Positions 37,744 to 51,784 of a stretch of 64,000 nucleotides of DNA are shown piece after piece. Source of the stretch: Laetmonice hystrix (lineage: Eukaryota). The first letter of the stretch is position 1; the number at the start of each line of letters is the position of its first letter. The position numbers and the translations under genes are program-made. The stretch is from positions 5,952,001-6,016,000 of the forward strand of contig OZ249447.1 of assembly GCA_965235115.1 (NCBI GenBank), written 5' to 3'. The notes under the pieces were generated by a model. That model searched no databases. It was not told the origin of the DNA and saw nothing but the letters and a program-made list of their open reading frames with translations.

Positions 37744-40700
37744 TTTGCAGGTTTTGTCGCGCTTCACGCCGCATGCGTGGCGGTGACTGCGGTTACAGGG
37801 TCACGGCTGGTGCTGCCTCAGTTAGCCACGGAGATCCAGCAAGGATGGCTGGGGCTGGAACTTCGCCGCCCTCCATCGCTGTGCCGGGGACAAGCCGTCA
37901 GTCGACGGCTGCAGCTCGGGATGTACTCATGTGGTGAGGATGGTGATGTGATGTTTTCAGCAAATTTCTGACGGATACTACAGATTCATAAAGATCTGTG
38001 GTGTAGGGAGGAGGGCCGCCCAGCTCGGGCCTTACTGATCAAGGAATCTAGCATATAGGCTCGCCATCGATGCCTGGGCGGTCGGAGGAGGAGCAGGAGG
38101 AGCGTTTTAAACACGACCAGATGAAGTCATTGGTAAAGTATTGATTGAGTTCCCAGATAATTGGCCATCGTGTGGCCAAACGTGGCACTGTGATTATGTG
38201 ATGTTTTTTCGTAGTCAATTCGAGCAAAGTATGCCGAGAGAAGTTTCTAACGAGGCAGCGGCGCTGTAGCCAAGCGACAGGGCAGCGAGAATGTGAGCCC
38301 AGTACGGTGGCTGCCTAGGCCGCTGGAATGTTGGCTTGGGGATCTTGCTGCCATTGTGCATGCGTTAATCAGACGACGACGCCGAGGACAACTGACGCTC
38401 CTGAAGTCTCCCGTTGTCCCGGCCCAACAACACGTGCCGGGGAGCATGTCCAGCGTGAAGGAGCTAACCTTCTGAAGCCAACATGTAGACGATAGCCGAA
38501 CGGAGCTGTCCAGCGTCGGTTGTAGCACGGGGGAGGCTGGCACAGAGCGGTTTTGGACACGGCTTAGATTTCCAACCACGGGATTCCAACGTTAGGGAGT
38601 GCCAGCTTAACGGAGGAGAAAATTCGTTGTGGGCAAAGCCGAGCGAGCGCCCCGAACCGACGCCGTGCCCATAGGATCATATAGATGCTAGCATAGGGAA
38701 GGTGTGCCAAAGCGCAAGCGGCTTTATATCTCATCGGCTGTTGTGCGACTCGCTTCTAGCGAGAGGTCCCCACCCCAGTGATAGAAGCTCAAGTAAACAG
38801 TGTATAACGCTGTAACGTCAAAAACGTCCAATTTGTCGCCAAACCCCCATACCCGACCCCTCGGCCACGTTAAGCTTACCTGGCGAAAGTTCCGAGAGAG
38901 AGAGAGAAAAGGGAGATTGAGATCTACAATTGCTCTTTACACACGACCTGTCCAAGTCCAATTGTGAAGCAATTATAAGCATTGAAGAAAGTGCTGTGCC
39001 TTGCGATTTTTGTCTCACACGCTGTTTTTGGTGGTTATTCGCATTCTATACTAGCAACGGTCAACAAGAGAAGACCAAAGATTGAAGTCGACACAATACA
39101 CGCAGAGAAGCAAGTGATTTTACGCCGTCATACTTACATACATACATACTATATCGTCGTGTCAAATATCTCTTATTATTGGTTAATATTGCATGATAAG
39201 CTGACCTCTACGGTACACATATTATTGTGAAAAGATACATGTATATCACGGAGTCTTATTTCCATGTGGCGCCGTTGCGTTTTTTGGTCCCAACGTCGGA
39301 AGTATAAGACCAGGGCAGTAAGAAAACCGGAGTACGAGTCGGAAGGAGGATAGATACTGCTGCACCTGGATTCCTCTTAGCAATTCTCAGCGCCAAAAGA
39401 GCAAATCAGAATATCTGCGACCCGCCTTGAAAGGGCCGTGGAAAACATACAAGAACTGAACCCCGGATTGTCCATATGGGATTCGAAACCATGGGCGACG
39501 CACTTCGAGAACTTCTCAATGAGAAGAAAAGCAAAAGGTGAGGTGTATTCATATACCACGCGTATTTTTGAGGAGATGTAATGAAATATACAGTTGTTGG
39601 CTGTTGCCATTGTATCTACATCCTTATCTGTCCCGCTGCAGGATTTGTGAACTCATTATGATAATATCATGAAGCATCCGGGTTCAGGTTAAGTAAGGCA
39701 TTAAGATGTATAGTAAAATGATTCGTAAAATCAACTATTTGCTAAAAGTCAACCAGGTCATATTCTTAACATTGTATGTATGTATGTTCATGTACTGCTA
39801 TATGTATGCAATTAGGACGAATTTAGTGGTTAAAAAAGATAAAACGATGGATGGCTGCCAATGTATATCCATGCATGTATTGTATGATTACTATGTAGAA
39901 CTCGTGTAATGTTATCAGCACTTAGTCTGAGTTCCCATCCAATACACATCATGCATGTTTTAGTCATATAATTTGTAAGTAGTATTATGGTTATGAATTT
40001 GTGACTTGGGTATGAATACTGCAGCGTGAATGCCTTGTGTCTCACCACCTTTATAACATGTACAGATCCAACACTACACGGACAACCCCTGCTAGACGTG
40101 GGTGGGAAGTTGCTGACACTCAGTATTGTTATACAATGGCCGATAAATTCTACATGATTGCCATGTGAATTATAACGGTTCCAGGACTAAGTTACAATTA
40201 TAATAAATGTGGTTACAATGCTTTATTCATGATACTCGCCAGCTCATGAATTTTGATACCTGTAACATACATACAGCGGGGGCCTTTTAATATGACTATG
40301 TCATATTTGCGTATACATGTACATGTATTGTGTCCGTGAGGACACGTGAGGAATAGCTTAACTGTATGCCGTTTATATGTGCTGTTTAGTTGTCAAAGCA
40401 AAGAAATAATATATGCGTATTTATATACTGATAAGTGTTTAACAAACATAGATCACAGGTCAGCCTGTGTTTAGTCCGTCGTAGTATCAAATACATAAAA
40501 AAAACTTCAAGCAATATGGCTGGCAGCCTGTTGATAGGCAGTCATATAGGTTGGATATAAACCAGTGGTTTATTTAGTGCCTCAACTCATTCAGTGGGAG
40601 ATCAAGGGTTAAATATAGACCTGAGGACCTTGGTTGACTATACGGGTAAAAACATCCTAGATGTAAATGTCCCGCAGAATATAAACAATACTCTTGGCTG

Positions 40701-41745
40701 AGTGCTGGCCGCAGGTGTTAGGTATAGTTCGCTCCGGGAAAGCCTGCTTCAGAGAGAAAAAAACGGCCGAAAGTGATATCTGTGAGTCTGTTTATCATAA
40801 ATCACTCCCGTTTCATTCCTACGTTATTCCGCCTCGAGATCCAGCGTGTGTAGGTGGACTGCGAAGATGGTGAATCTACTTAACGAACGTCCATTTGCCC
40901 TTGGTGGCCGCGTGCGTGATTGCATCTGTGGCCACCCCGTGGGTCTATAGCTACACCATGCACCGCTGAGGCTGCGACAACGTCTCTCTGGCAGCAATAT
41001 CAGAGTGCACATTCGGCCACACCGATTTTTTCTGCTTCCCTGCGGGTACTGCCTCTTACAAGGATTTGATCTTTAGCGTGGCAAGATGGCAAGAGTTGCG
41101 AGGTGCGGTTTTCTCAATATGAGACGGTACAGTGTCAAATCGGGCGCTGCAATATGGAAGGATGGCGCAGGGGGGTCTTTGAAGGTGGAGCGCTGTGGTG
41201 GGCGAGGGTACTGGGGTCACGTTTGGAGTAGAAGAGACAAGTGGGCAGAGCAGGGTACATCATCCCCCTATAGGTTCACGACATTATCATGAAAGTCTCA
41301 GTAGGGACACTGTGGCTTTGACTCTATTGGTTGAAGCTGGTCTTTTTTTAGGGCAGTGATTTTTGTTCTCACACCCTAGGGACTCGTCCAAGGTCTTTGT
41401 AAGGCTCCTGCCTGTGTTCAACGTGCAAATAATACTAAGGGCTGTGGCGCACCTGAATCAGGCGAATCCTATATAAACTGCCCTGCTTGTGACGCGCCCA
41501 GACTGCCAGGTGTAGACGACGGACAACAACAACCAGTTGTAATTTGTAGCCGTTTGCACCTGTGCTTGCCACCTGAACGCCGCACTGCTATCAGCTCTGG
41601 GACTGAAACCAATACTAAGCGGCCAATGGGTTTCTTCTCGTCGGTCCAGGTTTCTGCCCTTTCCTTTTCAAGATCTTTATCCCTTCGTGGTCACTGATGG
41701 ATCTGTCTATAACGTTATCGTCATCAGAGATATAATATTATGTAC

Positions 41746-41820
41746 CTCTCCCCGATGTGTCTGTGGCCGCCATCTTCATTCAATCCCTATATAATACCAG
41801 TCTCCATGGCAACGGGAAGT
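41746..41820 (-). promoter_or_regulatory. Promoter-like cluster: RFX X-box, ETS, YY1/ATG, possible short first exon
   Basis: GTCTCCATGGCAAC at 41800-41813 and GGAAGT at 41815-41820. AAGATGGCGGCC at 41765-41776 (minus) gives MAATDTSGR, then AG|GTACAT. Confidence 0.35.
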
Positions 41821-43970
41821 ACATAAGGACCGGTGGAGCCAGCCGCTGGTCAGCGCGGCCTCGCCTACCTGTGAATCCCATTTCGTTTCAAAGTGCTTTG
41901 CCTCTCTTAGTGGACAAAGATCTACCTCGAAGCTAAAAATCACAGTCGACGGGAAATCTGTTTTACCGTCGATCTGACGGGAACCCGGTCCCAGCGCAAT
42001 TTAGCTAGTACGGTAATAGGGCAGAGAGACATTGCTCCAGTGTACTATAGAACCTAAGCTGGCCTCAATCGATGTCTGAGAGTGGACAGCGGCTGAGAGC
42101 CCGGCCAAGGTTATTCTGATACCCCCAAACTGAACGCAAGCTCAGGTCGGCTTTGTCCTTATTGAGGTGACTTATTCGCTTTTCCATGACAGATAATTTC
42201 CTCTTTTGTCGACCAATATTTGTACGTTACATACCATATTACGGTTGTAAATGGGATGGAGTACCATTCGGCCTATATTGCATGTTTCTTGTTTTTCATT
42301 TCTTGTGTTATTCACCCCCTTTTCCCGCTTATTCAATTTCTCTTTCTTTTTATAGCATTAATTAAGGAAACCAGACAGCAAAAACAAATACTTCACTAAT
42401 GTAATGAAATGCTTTGACCCATCATATCTCAGCCATGAACATACTCCAATAATTGGTACCAAACATTACGTTGAATGCACGCAGTTCGATCAGTTGGTAA
42501 TTCTACAAGTTGGCTAAATGCTCAGGGCTTTTCGCTTTTATCTGCGAAAGAATTCTGTTGATTTTGAGACGTCTTAACAGCGTCCTTATAGACAGATACG
42601 TTAAACATATTTTAATATGTTTAACATATCCCACGCTTTATCCTACTTTTATGATATATAGTTTCAACGCGTATTATTCTGCGCAGTATATATACTAGTA
42701 AAAACCATGATGGGGGAGCAGTGACGCAACGTGAAAAGATGGCCACTACCAGCAATCGTTTGCCGTAGTCGTGTGCCATAAATGGCCGATTCGAGTTCTG
42801 AATACAAAAAAAGAAGCATTAGGTTGCAAAAAAAATGTCCCCAGACAACAACAAAAAGTGTAGGGCAGGGGACAGTGAAGAAGGCGCGACACCAACCGCA
42901 GCAAGGCTTACAGCATTGATCGTTGGCGAGCTAGCCTGGCTGTAATGAATCCGACATCTCCAGGCCCGGGTGTAGGATTGGGTTATCAACGGGTACGACG
43001 ACTTTATACCGTCCTGGCCGGCCTTTACGCCATGAACGTGTCTAGCCCGTCGTAAACACATTGGGCGTACGGACGGGTGGAAACTCCCCGAAGGAAAGCC
43101 AATTTTCCTATACTACTTTCCCCGCTCCTGTGTGTCCACCGTATGTCCACAGTAATGGTCTATTATGGAACAGTAAGGGACCAGCACAGAACTGAGGCAA
43201 TCTGACTTATTTTAAATTAATGGAAAATAATTCTCCAGGGAGGGAATTGGATAGACGTCGGTTAGTCTGAGTTCTCATCCAATACACAGCACGCGTGTTT
43301 TCACATTAGGTAACTGCAAGCAAACAGTCCGACAGTTGTATTCGCTTGCGTGTTAGCGGCCTCCCGGGGTGGGGGTAAGCCAGGACCATACGAGTACGGG
43401 GGTGTAGACTTGTCTGGATGCCTTTCCCACGACCCTGCATGTTTACCTTCAGTTCGCCCCACAAGCGTGGAGGCAGCTCCTATCGAAACGATCAAGGCCT
43501 ACTATCGAGCGGCCACAGACGTTTAAATAACTTAATCTGGCACTGGAGAGAGAGAGCACAGCTCCCAAATGTACGACGTAATTTCCCTTTCAACTGCTAA
43601 CATCGCGTGAATCCGAAAATGATTTTTCTCCATTATCCGTCGATATGGGAAGAAAACAATGGTTTATTCAGCCACGGCAGCCGAATCCCGATACAAACGC
43701 CGGGTCTATAAAGAATTAACGTGCAGATGAGACGCTGTTCCGGCCCACGTGACGGATGACCGTGACAATACAGATGGCAAATTGGTCAACGCTATAATAT
43801 TGGCAGCATGCCTGGAAGGCGGACCTTCCAACAAAACAGATTGAGAGACACGGTCGGGGGGTGGGGTGGGGGTGGGGGGTACTCCACATGCTGCCTTCGG
43901 CTCACTCCTGGTCGATCACCGTAGATTAGGAGCAGTACGTCTTGGCTGTCTACGGCAGGAGAGTTGGTGC

Positions 43971-44026
43971 TGACGTCACGATCTGTCACGTGACCCGCTC
44001 TCGGCCAATCAGAACCATTCCCAATC
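43971..44026. promoter_or_regulatory. Promoter-like cluster: CRE, palindromic E-box, CCAAT
   Basis: TGACGTCA 43971-43978, GTCACGTGAC 43985-43994, GGCCAATCAG 44003-44012, and a second CCAAT near 44021. Confidence 0.4.
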
Positions 44027-45173
44027 CTAGCACGGCATGGCCTCGTTGCCAATGGATTAAATACCGGATAGACCTACACCTGATGCATATTGATGTTTAT
44101 GTGCAAGAAGTTTAGCTTCTTCTTCACATTTCTCTATGCGATCTCTTCGGAAGGAATTTAACACTTTTATAAACTCGGTGGGAGGGGGGGGGCTTCTAGA
44201 CGCCCACTGTATACTACTTAGGTCTATCCCATAAATTGATGGCTTTAACAGGAAATGTAAAGTGCATTATATGCCCATATAAGCACCGAGTATGAGAGCA
44301 GGGCGAGATGGCACGGTGACATGTAGATCATATCTGACAGGGTAGTTAGATAATGTGCGAGCTTAACTTCTTCTTGTATCTGAACGGTTTCAGGTTGCTC
44401 TCTATCAAACACAGTTGCTATGACAACGGATTAAGTTCATGCAGCGTGAGATACAAGATGTAGCAAACTCATTAGAACAATATATTCATAATCGTGTTAT
44501 GTGTGAGAGCGATTATTTGTATCGAACGCCAACGCCATTGATCTCGCGTCTGACAACTCTCTCGTCGACAGCGTTCTCAATATAATGTCACGGGTGGAAG
44601 ACAATGTGACAGACTCCTAGTTCCTGCATGTCGTGTTCTGTTTGAAGACTGTCGGAGGGACTCACATTAGTCCCGGCCAGAGAAAGCAGACAGAGAAACT
44701 AAGATTAAGCAAATTTTATGCTAGGTTAGACCGAACCTGAGAATGCTATAAATTGGTTTAGATGAGTGAGATGTAGTACTTTTTAATGTGGTTAACAGAT
44801 TGTTACAATATAGGTAGCCTATAGCACTGAGCGGACTCCAGTGGCGTTTCTGCGTCTTTATTTGAGACATTATTGAGGGTGGTAGCCTTTACATTAACCG
44901 CTATTGTTTTAGAGGGGGGATAACCTTTAAAGTTGAGCCGCAGAAAGTCATTTTTATCATTGAGTATGATCTTGGGTGTGATATAAGTTTTCGTGTGGCA
45001 CAATGGGTACCTTAGATCCCTTGCCCACTTCTACCCTGATTAAGGGTGGTAGGTTTGTCAATACCATAGGAGACGCCCTGGGATTGGGCTGATGGCGTCT
45101 CTGTGTAAACGTGTTTACCACAATCAGTGTCATCAACCGAGCTGGGTAACCCAACCTACCACCGGCCTATTAA

Positions 45174-45494
45174 AGGGAGCCATTGCTAAAAAAATACTGA
45201 CAAAGTACAAAATGCCGATTTGCTTTTCTAAAAGGATCAAGAACCGGGGGGAAATGTTGCCTTTAGACGGAAGCTTATTGTCTTCCGTTCAACGGTGTTC
45301 AACGGTGTTCAATGGTGTTCAATGGTACATTAAGCGTTTCGTCTGCTATGGAAAATTACCTCGTTTATTTACTACATGCACAGTAAAAACATGAAAAATC
45401 AGCGCCGGTTTATAGACCGAATTGTCTTCTTCCGATTCGTGTTTCCTGTCAGGAAAGGAAAGCAGCATTTCTATATTTGTCGCAATGACTCCCT
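45174..45494. mobile_element. Kolobok-type MITE, 321 bp
   Basis: TTAA|AGGGAGCCATTGC ... GCAATGACTCCCT|TTAA (TIR 12 of 13 matching). Confidence 0.85.
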
Positions 45495-48049
45495 TTAAGG
45501 GCGGGTGGTGCTGATCATGTCCATATAACGGGAATAGAGACGTGATGCTGAACGCCTATCATATCTCAACCTGTCATAATTAGAAGTGGTGTACCGTTGT
45601 GTAAGATCTCAGGCGACCATTTCCTGCGCTGTCGGCTGTGTACGACATGTGAAACGAATGATAGGATTCAGATGGTATCGCTGTCCAAACCTCAGGTCCA
45701 TAGCTAGGGGGGAGCAACTGATGGCCCTGAATAATGCAGTGTTTTAGTAGTTACACAGACTGCGGTGGAGATACGGCACCTGCTGTATTATCACTTTAGG
45801 CGGGCCCAAGGCTGGCGTCGACTACTCACCCAAACATTATAATCTCTAGCAACTATAGTTTCCGCTCTCACCGAATGCATTTTAAGCTATGAACAGGAAA
45901 ATCAAATGTGAGTTGTAAAAAGAAAGGGGGGAAAGCAAAGCATGTTCATTAAAAATGAATGAAATGTTGGGTTCTAAAGTAAATCACTGGGATACAGTGT
46001 AGACAAATTACAATCTAGCCGCTTCAGTAGGCGTGAACAGCACGTTGTTGGTGTGGTTAAGTGAAGCGCCGACTGCCAGGCGCGTCGATGGCTGTCCTTC
46101 CCTCCCGTTCTCAATTAATATGCCATACATGAGCGGCAACGATTGCCATTCACCTGAATTTAGCCATTTCGCCATTGGCTCCTCTAGTTAGCTGTCGATG
46201 GAGAAATCTGTACTAGTATAATTATGGGGACTTGACTGCCGTGAGAGTGACTATGACATGACGTAGGGAAGCTTTGCCTCGCCTTCAACATCTTAAATGG
46301 ATTCAGATTTGTTTCATTAACATTTAGAAGTGGGAAGTCGCTCGAGGCAATAGCTGTTTGCTTGTTACATATGGCGGAGAGAGAGCGCTGTTATTCTATC
46401 ACTCGATCCAAACTGTTATCACAGTTGGGGGACGCTCGTTAGGATAATCATTCCATGGTTTTCGCCCCAATAAAAATACGAAGCAGTGTTCCAGAAACAA
46501 AAGTTAAAATAGGTTCGGGGCATTTGTTCATACGCTGAATACATTATTAAGTGATGAGTTTCCTTTCCTAAATTTGGTTTTTATCTCGTTGTAAGGCTTG
46601 ATTACTTCTTCAGGGTTATTTTAAAACTTCCCCTCATACTATAGAATGTAGCTAGTGTTATCCTAACAGACTGAAAGCCGTATAGAGGTCGAGGTAGACA
46701 AACGAGCCCCGTAGATAGGGGTTACACTGACAGATTAGCCACGGCTAGTAACTGCGTCTACTCCTGCTGCCCCTAGCAGGCAATACACCACCAAACACGT
46801 TCTCACCACTAGATTGTCTGGACCCATTGTCGCAACCCCCAACACACCCCACTCCCCCACCCACACTATACATATACATATGTTTTCTCTCACGAGATGG
46901 GGTAATGATCCAGGTACAGACGGGTAATGATCCAGGAACAGACGGGGGCGATTAGGAGTGTGAGGTCTTACAGGGTGTGTAGGGCACATTCCACAGATGC
47001 ACCTACTCAAATATAGGAGGCTTTCAAACTACTGGCAAGATCTTACATAAATAGCCTGAGGCTATTTTACTTCTTAGCTCTGAAGCTACGCTAGAGCTGT
47101 AGCCTTGTTGACAGGATGTTTGAGAGACTTCACAAAATAGAAATCCTGTACTAGAGGTTGAATGAAGTACAGTACACAGTCATATTGCCCAAACATAATC
47201 AGCACAGGATGAAGTTTAATCATTCATTCTACAAACTGTAGCATTTACATGCTGACGTGGCCATTTAAGATGGTGTCATCTTTGTATTGTGCACGACTCG
47301 CCCATACAGCAATATGATCGGATCCGCGTTAGGAGATGGACATTGCTCAGTCTTATTGACAACTCGGCTAAAAAAAAATCCATTTATTGTGAGTCATTTG
47401 CTGTAATTTGTTTCTCGCTTAGGAGGCCTAATACGTCGAACATTAATATTTCTCCAGTGTCGTCTTAGACCAAGCCTAGCCTAAAACAACTTTCAGATGG
47501 AGCCATTAATGTAATATGAATAGGCTGGTTTCAATGCAAACGGTTTCATTATTCACATCCCATCTTTTTGTCGCCGTGCGCTTCATGGCATTAACAGCCG
47601 ACTTCAGTATTATGTGCGGTCAATCAGAGTTTGCTGGCCATATTTAGTTGTATTCACAAATCTCTTTGAGTGAGCGTGAACAAAGCTTGTAGTCTGTAGT
47701 GGTCGAAGCCTACAACCGACAACAGTTGAATACCATCAGCGATCCACTAACGACGTTGAAGAAACCGGCTAACGTACAGTCGTATTAACTGCGACATGAA
47801 AGCGTAACGTTATATCCGTGATCAAGGGAGGCGGGATGGACTTCTGAAACTGGCGGTTGTCTTTGATGTTGGATGGCTAGGACGCATCACTACAGGTGTG
47901 TGGGGCTATGTGTACCTGAGCCGGGGTATGGTGTATCAACCCCCCACCCCCACCCCCACCCTCCTCCCCGGCCCTGCCGACATAACCTTTATTACTTTGG
48001 CCTCCTCGGGGGATTGGCTTTGATAGGTCACGCCAGAGGTGGCCGCAGA

Positions 48050-48266
48050 AAGCTGTCGTCCTATTAGGTTTACGTATGATACCCTCCTTTTGTTCTAACG
48101 TGGCCTCTCATGATGCAGTAAGCTGTCGACCTATTATGTTGTATGATACCCTCCTTTTGTTCTAACTTGGCCTCTCATGATGCAGTAAGCTGTCGACCTA
48201 TTATGTTGTATGATACCCTCCTTTTGTTCTAACTTGGCCTCTCATGATGCAGTAAGCTGTCGACCT
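48050..48266. repeat. Tandem repeat, 67-bp unit x~3.3
   Basis: TATGATACCC recurs at 48075, 48142 and 48209. Confidence 0.9.
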
Positions 48267-49296
48267 GTGGGCCGAATCTCAGCATAGCTGCTGTCACCAG
48301 CAGTAAGTCCTTCGTGTGCAGGCCTGTTCCATTGGTAATGGTGGCGATATTATGTCATATTGGATGAGAGCAAGGTCGAGAGGATGGTTTATGCTTTGAT
48401 ATTGTAATGTCATCGGTATAACCGCCGACACCTCGCGCCGTCATGTCATATTCGCATTATAGCACTCTGGTCTAAACCGAAACAATGTCCGCAATATTTG
48501 GACCCGGTCGCTAAAAGTGCATTATGCTTTAATAATGTCACTTATAGCAAGGGATGACGTCCCAATATTAGCGGCGCCAGCGGTATAGCAGATAATAGGA
48601 TATATACAATTACTAACAGGCTCGAGAGTCTTACAAACACTAGCCTCATGACCGCCAGATAAGAGTTACGAACGGAAGGGAATATCAGACAGCACTCAAA
48701 CACCACAAGACATTCAAGGCGGCTAACCTCCGGTCTGTTGGAGAAGAACCGACAAAGCACTCATTAAGTGGGTACAGAGAACGGTACCTGACGAAAAGAC
48801 AGGTATGCCCAGAAAAAGTGAGAAATTATTGTACAACCCAGCTTTACTGTGACGTATAGATGAACGTCGTCATTTCCATGTTGCTTTTTTAAAGGAAATA
48901 TTATGAATCCCTTTGATTAATCATGATGCAGTTTAAACCTGTCTATAGACAGAATGTTATTGTTATGATAGCGGCCCTAGCGTGTCTGTCACATTAACAA
49001 TGAATGGCCTGTATGTGCACTCTTTGATGTATCGATAGCTTCGATATACACCAACCGCACGTCATTCAGCTTATTGTGTGTGGTCATATTACTCCGGTCA
49101 GGGCATGGGATTATGTCCGCCTGGGAGAGGGGAAACTTCCAGTTATAACTGCATGTGAACTAAACTCTCCGGCGGCTGTAGGGGGACGGAGGTGAACTGA
49201 TTATGACAGCCAAGGAGAGGACAATCCCCCCCCCCCTCATCCCGAAACTGACCTCAGCGGCGGCGTGGGCTAAACCGGTGTTGTATACGGCCACTG

Positions 49297-49604
49297 GTCG
49301 GCCGCCCGGCGCACCTGTCGGCCGCCGCCATGCTGTCGGCCGCCCGGCGCACCTGCCGGCCGCCACCATGCTGTTGCCCGCCCGGCGCACCTGTCGGCCG
49401 CCGTCATGCTGCCGACCGCCGCCATGCTGTCGGCCGCCGCCATGCTGTCGGCCGCCCGGCGCGGCACCTGTCGGCCGCCGCCATGCTGTCGGCCGCCCGG
49501 CGCGGCACCTGTCGGCCGCCGCCATGCTGTCGGCCGCCCGGCGCACCTGTCGGCCGCCGCCATGCTGTCGGCCGCCCGGCGCACCTGTCGGCCGCCGCCA
49601 TGCT
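49297..49604. repeat. Very GC-rich modular minisatellite
   Basis: Core TGTCGGCCGCC joined by the linkers CGGCGCACC, CGGCGCGGCACC or GCCATGC. Confidence 0.95.
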
Positions 49605-51784
49605 ACCCACACGTGTGCGGCATACGTGAGTGGTAATTACGTGATTGGATAATGGAATCAGTTTATTCATCTGTCCTTAATCGGCCTGGGACTCACCGGA
49701 TTTGAGGACAACCTTCTGTCATGGACAGTGATAGTGTGTTTGTGTGCTTTGCGTACTTAAAGGGTTTGAGGTAGGGGCCTAAAGGGGTTTCGATTAATGA
49801 CCCTTTCAGAAGTTTCTAAGCCAACGCGCCAACAGGGATGCATCCAAGGATTCGGACGAAGGGGTTCGACTTTTACTGGATTCTCCCGAATAGAAAAAAG
49901 GTTATTTGAATATTACAATTCATAGCACGCTGCATCTTTGGCTGACCAGAGGTGTCGTACGAACCATGGTCCCCTCCGGCTGTTCTGTTATAGGATTTTG
50001 AATACATGCATGACATGTCTATATATGCCCCTGAAAACCAGACTGCAACGCTTCTGCGTTTCCATGTTGCCCAGGGGCCGGTCTCGTATTGGTCAAACAC
50101 TTCAAAGTCAGAAGAATCAATACATTGGCAGGTAGGGTTTTTTTCTATGTTTGGTTTTTCTCTCGCGCTGTTCTACTGTTGTTCTGGTATGCACAGTGCC
50201 CATTACATCACCTGAAATAACAGACATTACCATTCATCGTTTTACCTACGCTTCGCTATATCATTACGCCAGGGCTCATGGTTGTAATTTGCGAGAGCTA
50301 AAGCTGTAATGTTTGTGAGGCTGGGTTCGATCAGACTGGACGGCAGCCAGTGGAGCGCGCCATAGGCTGGCAGAGACGGCTCTGTACGTCATTGACGTCC
50401 GACTGTTTGATGGACACACTGGCCACGATTACTCGCATACCAAACAACGCACAATACTCGCTGGAAGCCCTTCAACATGCCGCCCCACTCTCCTCTTTGT
50501 GACAGGCAAACGAGTATTTACCATCTAAAAACTGATCCCAACTTTCGTTTTTTTGGCAATCTAAGTCCTGAGTACATGTAAACATTTAAGGGATTTCCAT
50601 TCAGGAAAGCCTATCCCGTGTGCGGAGGCCCTCCTACTTCTGAGGCCATTTACTCTAAACCCCCGGGAGACTGGCTGCAAGCTGCTGTGTATTAAATTGC
50701 ACAACACGGGAGGGCGGCGGCTCGGCGTGGAGAAAGGTATCTGTGTTAGAGATATCTGGGACAGACGCTGGAGGATCTATTTCCTCCAGCCCGTAACTCT
50801 GTGCGATCCCTGTCAAGGCTACCTGAATGCGGCCGCCCTGTTGTCGGGTTAACACTTGGGTTCAGCCAGCGAAAAACTCTTGAGACCTTGCCATAGCCTG
50901 GCCGTTCAGGGTTGATTGAAGCTCGACAGGCTACAGGCTTATCAACGGTGGGAGCTACTCATCCTTCATATTCTCCGTGTGACAGCACCCGCTGCCGTGG
51001 CAGAGAACAGCGTGCTAAAAGAAAATGGTAACCCCACAGAATGGGGTGGGGGTTATCGGATTCAAGACCCGCCATGTCTTGATTAAGATATTGATATTGA
51101 GTTTTAACCCTTCATCCCATCAAAAGACCTGGGGCTTGTTATTGTAATCCAGAAGGCCGGTTTTGAAGGGTGTTATCAATGTAAGATAAGAGTTGGTTTC
51201 TTTCCCAGTAAAGGTGAAGGTGACACTCTTTGGTACATTACGTACCTAGGGTTAGGTCTTATATAATTTGTCATGTCGGGTACAAAAGCCTTGCCTTAAT
51301 ATGTATATGAATACATGCTTAAAAAACTCATGGAGTTTTCGCACCTTTTCCCCACCAACGGTATCGACTTAACCCCCCACCATCACCACCACACCCCATC
51401 CCCGTCTTATGCATTCTATTGGATCATGTATGCACCCTCTCTCAATCAGCACGGCTCGTCCGTCTTTATACGCTTCACTAATCGGTAAAATAGAATTTTG
51501 GCTGTCAGAATCCCCTGTCGGGGAATCCTAGAAATCAGTCAGTCATTTGTAGGGAATCCGACTTGTGAATGTTTCCTAATCACATGAGTTGGGCGAAACC
51601 TATTCATAATGTACGTGTACGCAACCGGCTGACGTTTCCTTCAGTCATGAATATTAATATTGAATGACTCTATCAATATATAACACTGTGTGATATTCAA
51701 ACACAAGAAGTCCGTTTCGTGAACTAGGCCGACACTGTGTTGACCTTGAAGGCAACTGAGAACTGTGATGGAGATGTGAAGTAG

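Noticed and set aside
49160-49670. Six overlapping ORFs of 76-150 aa
   Set aside because: Stop codons are absent because of extreme GC content in the repeat.
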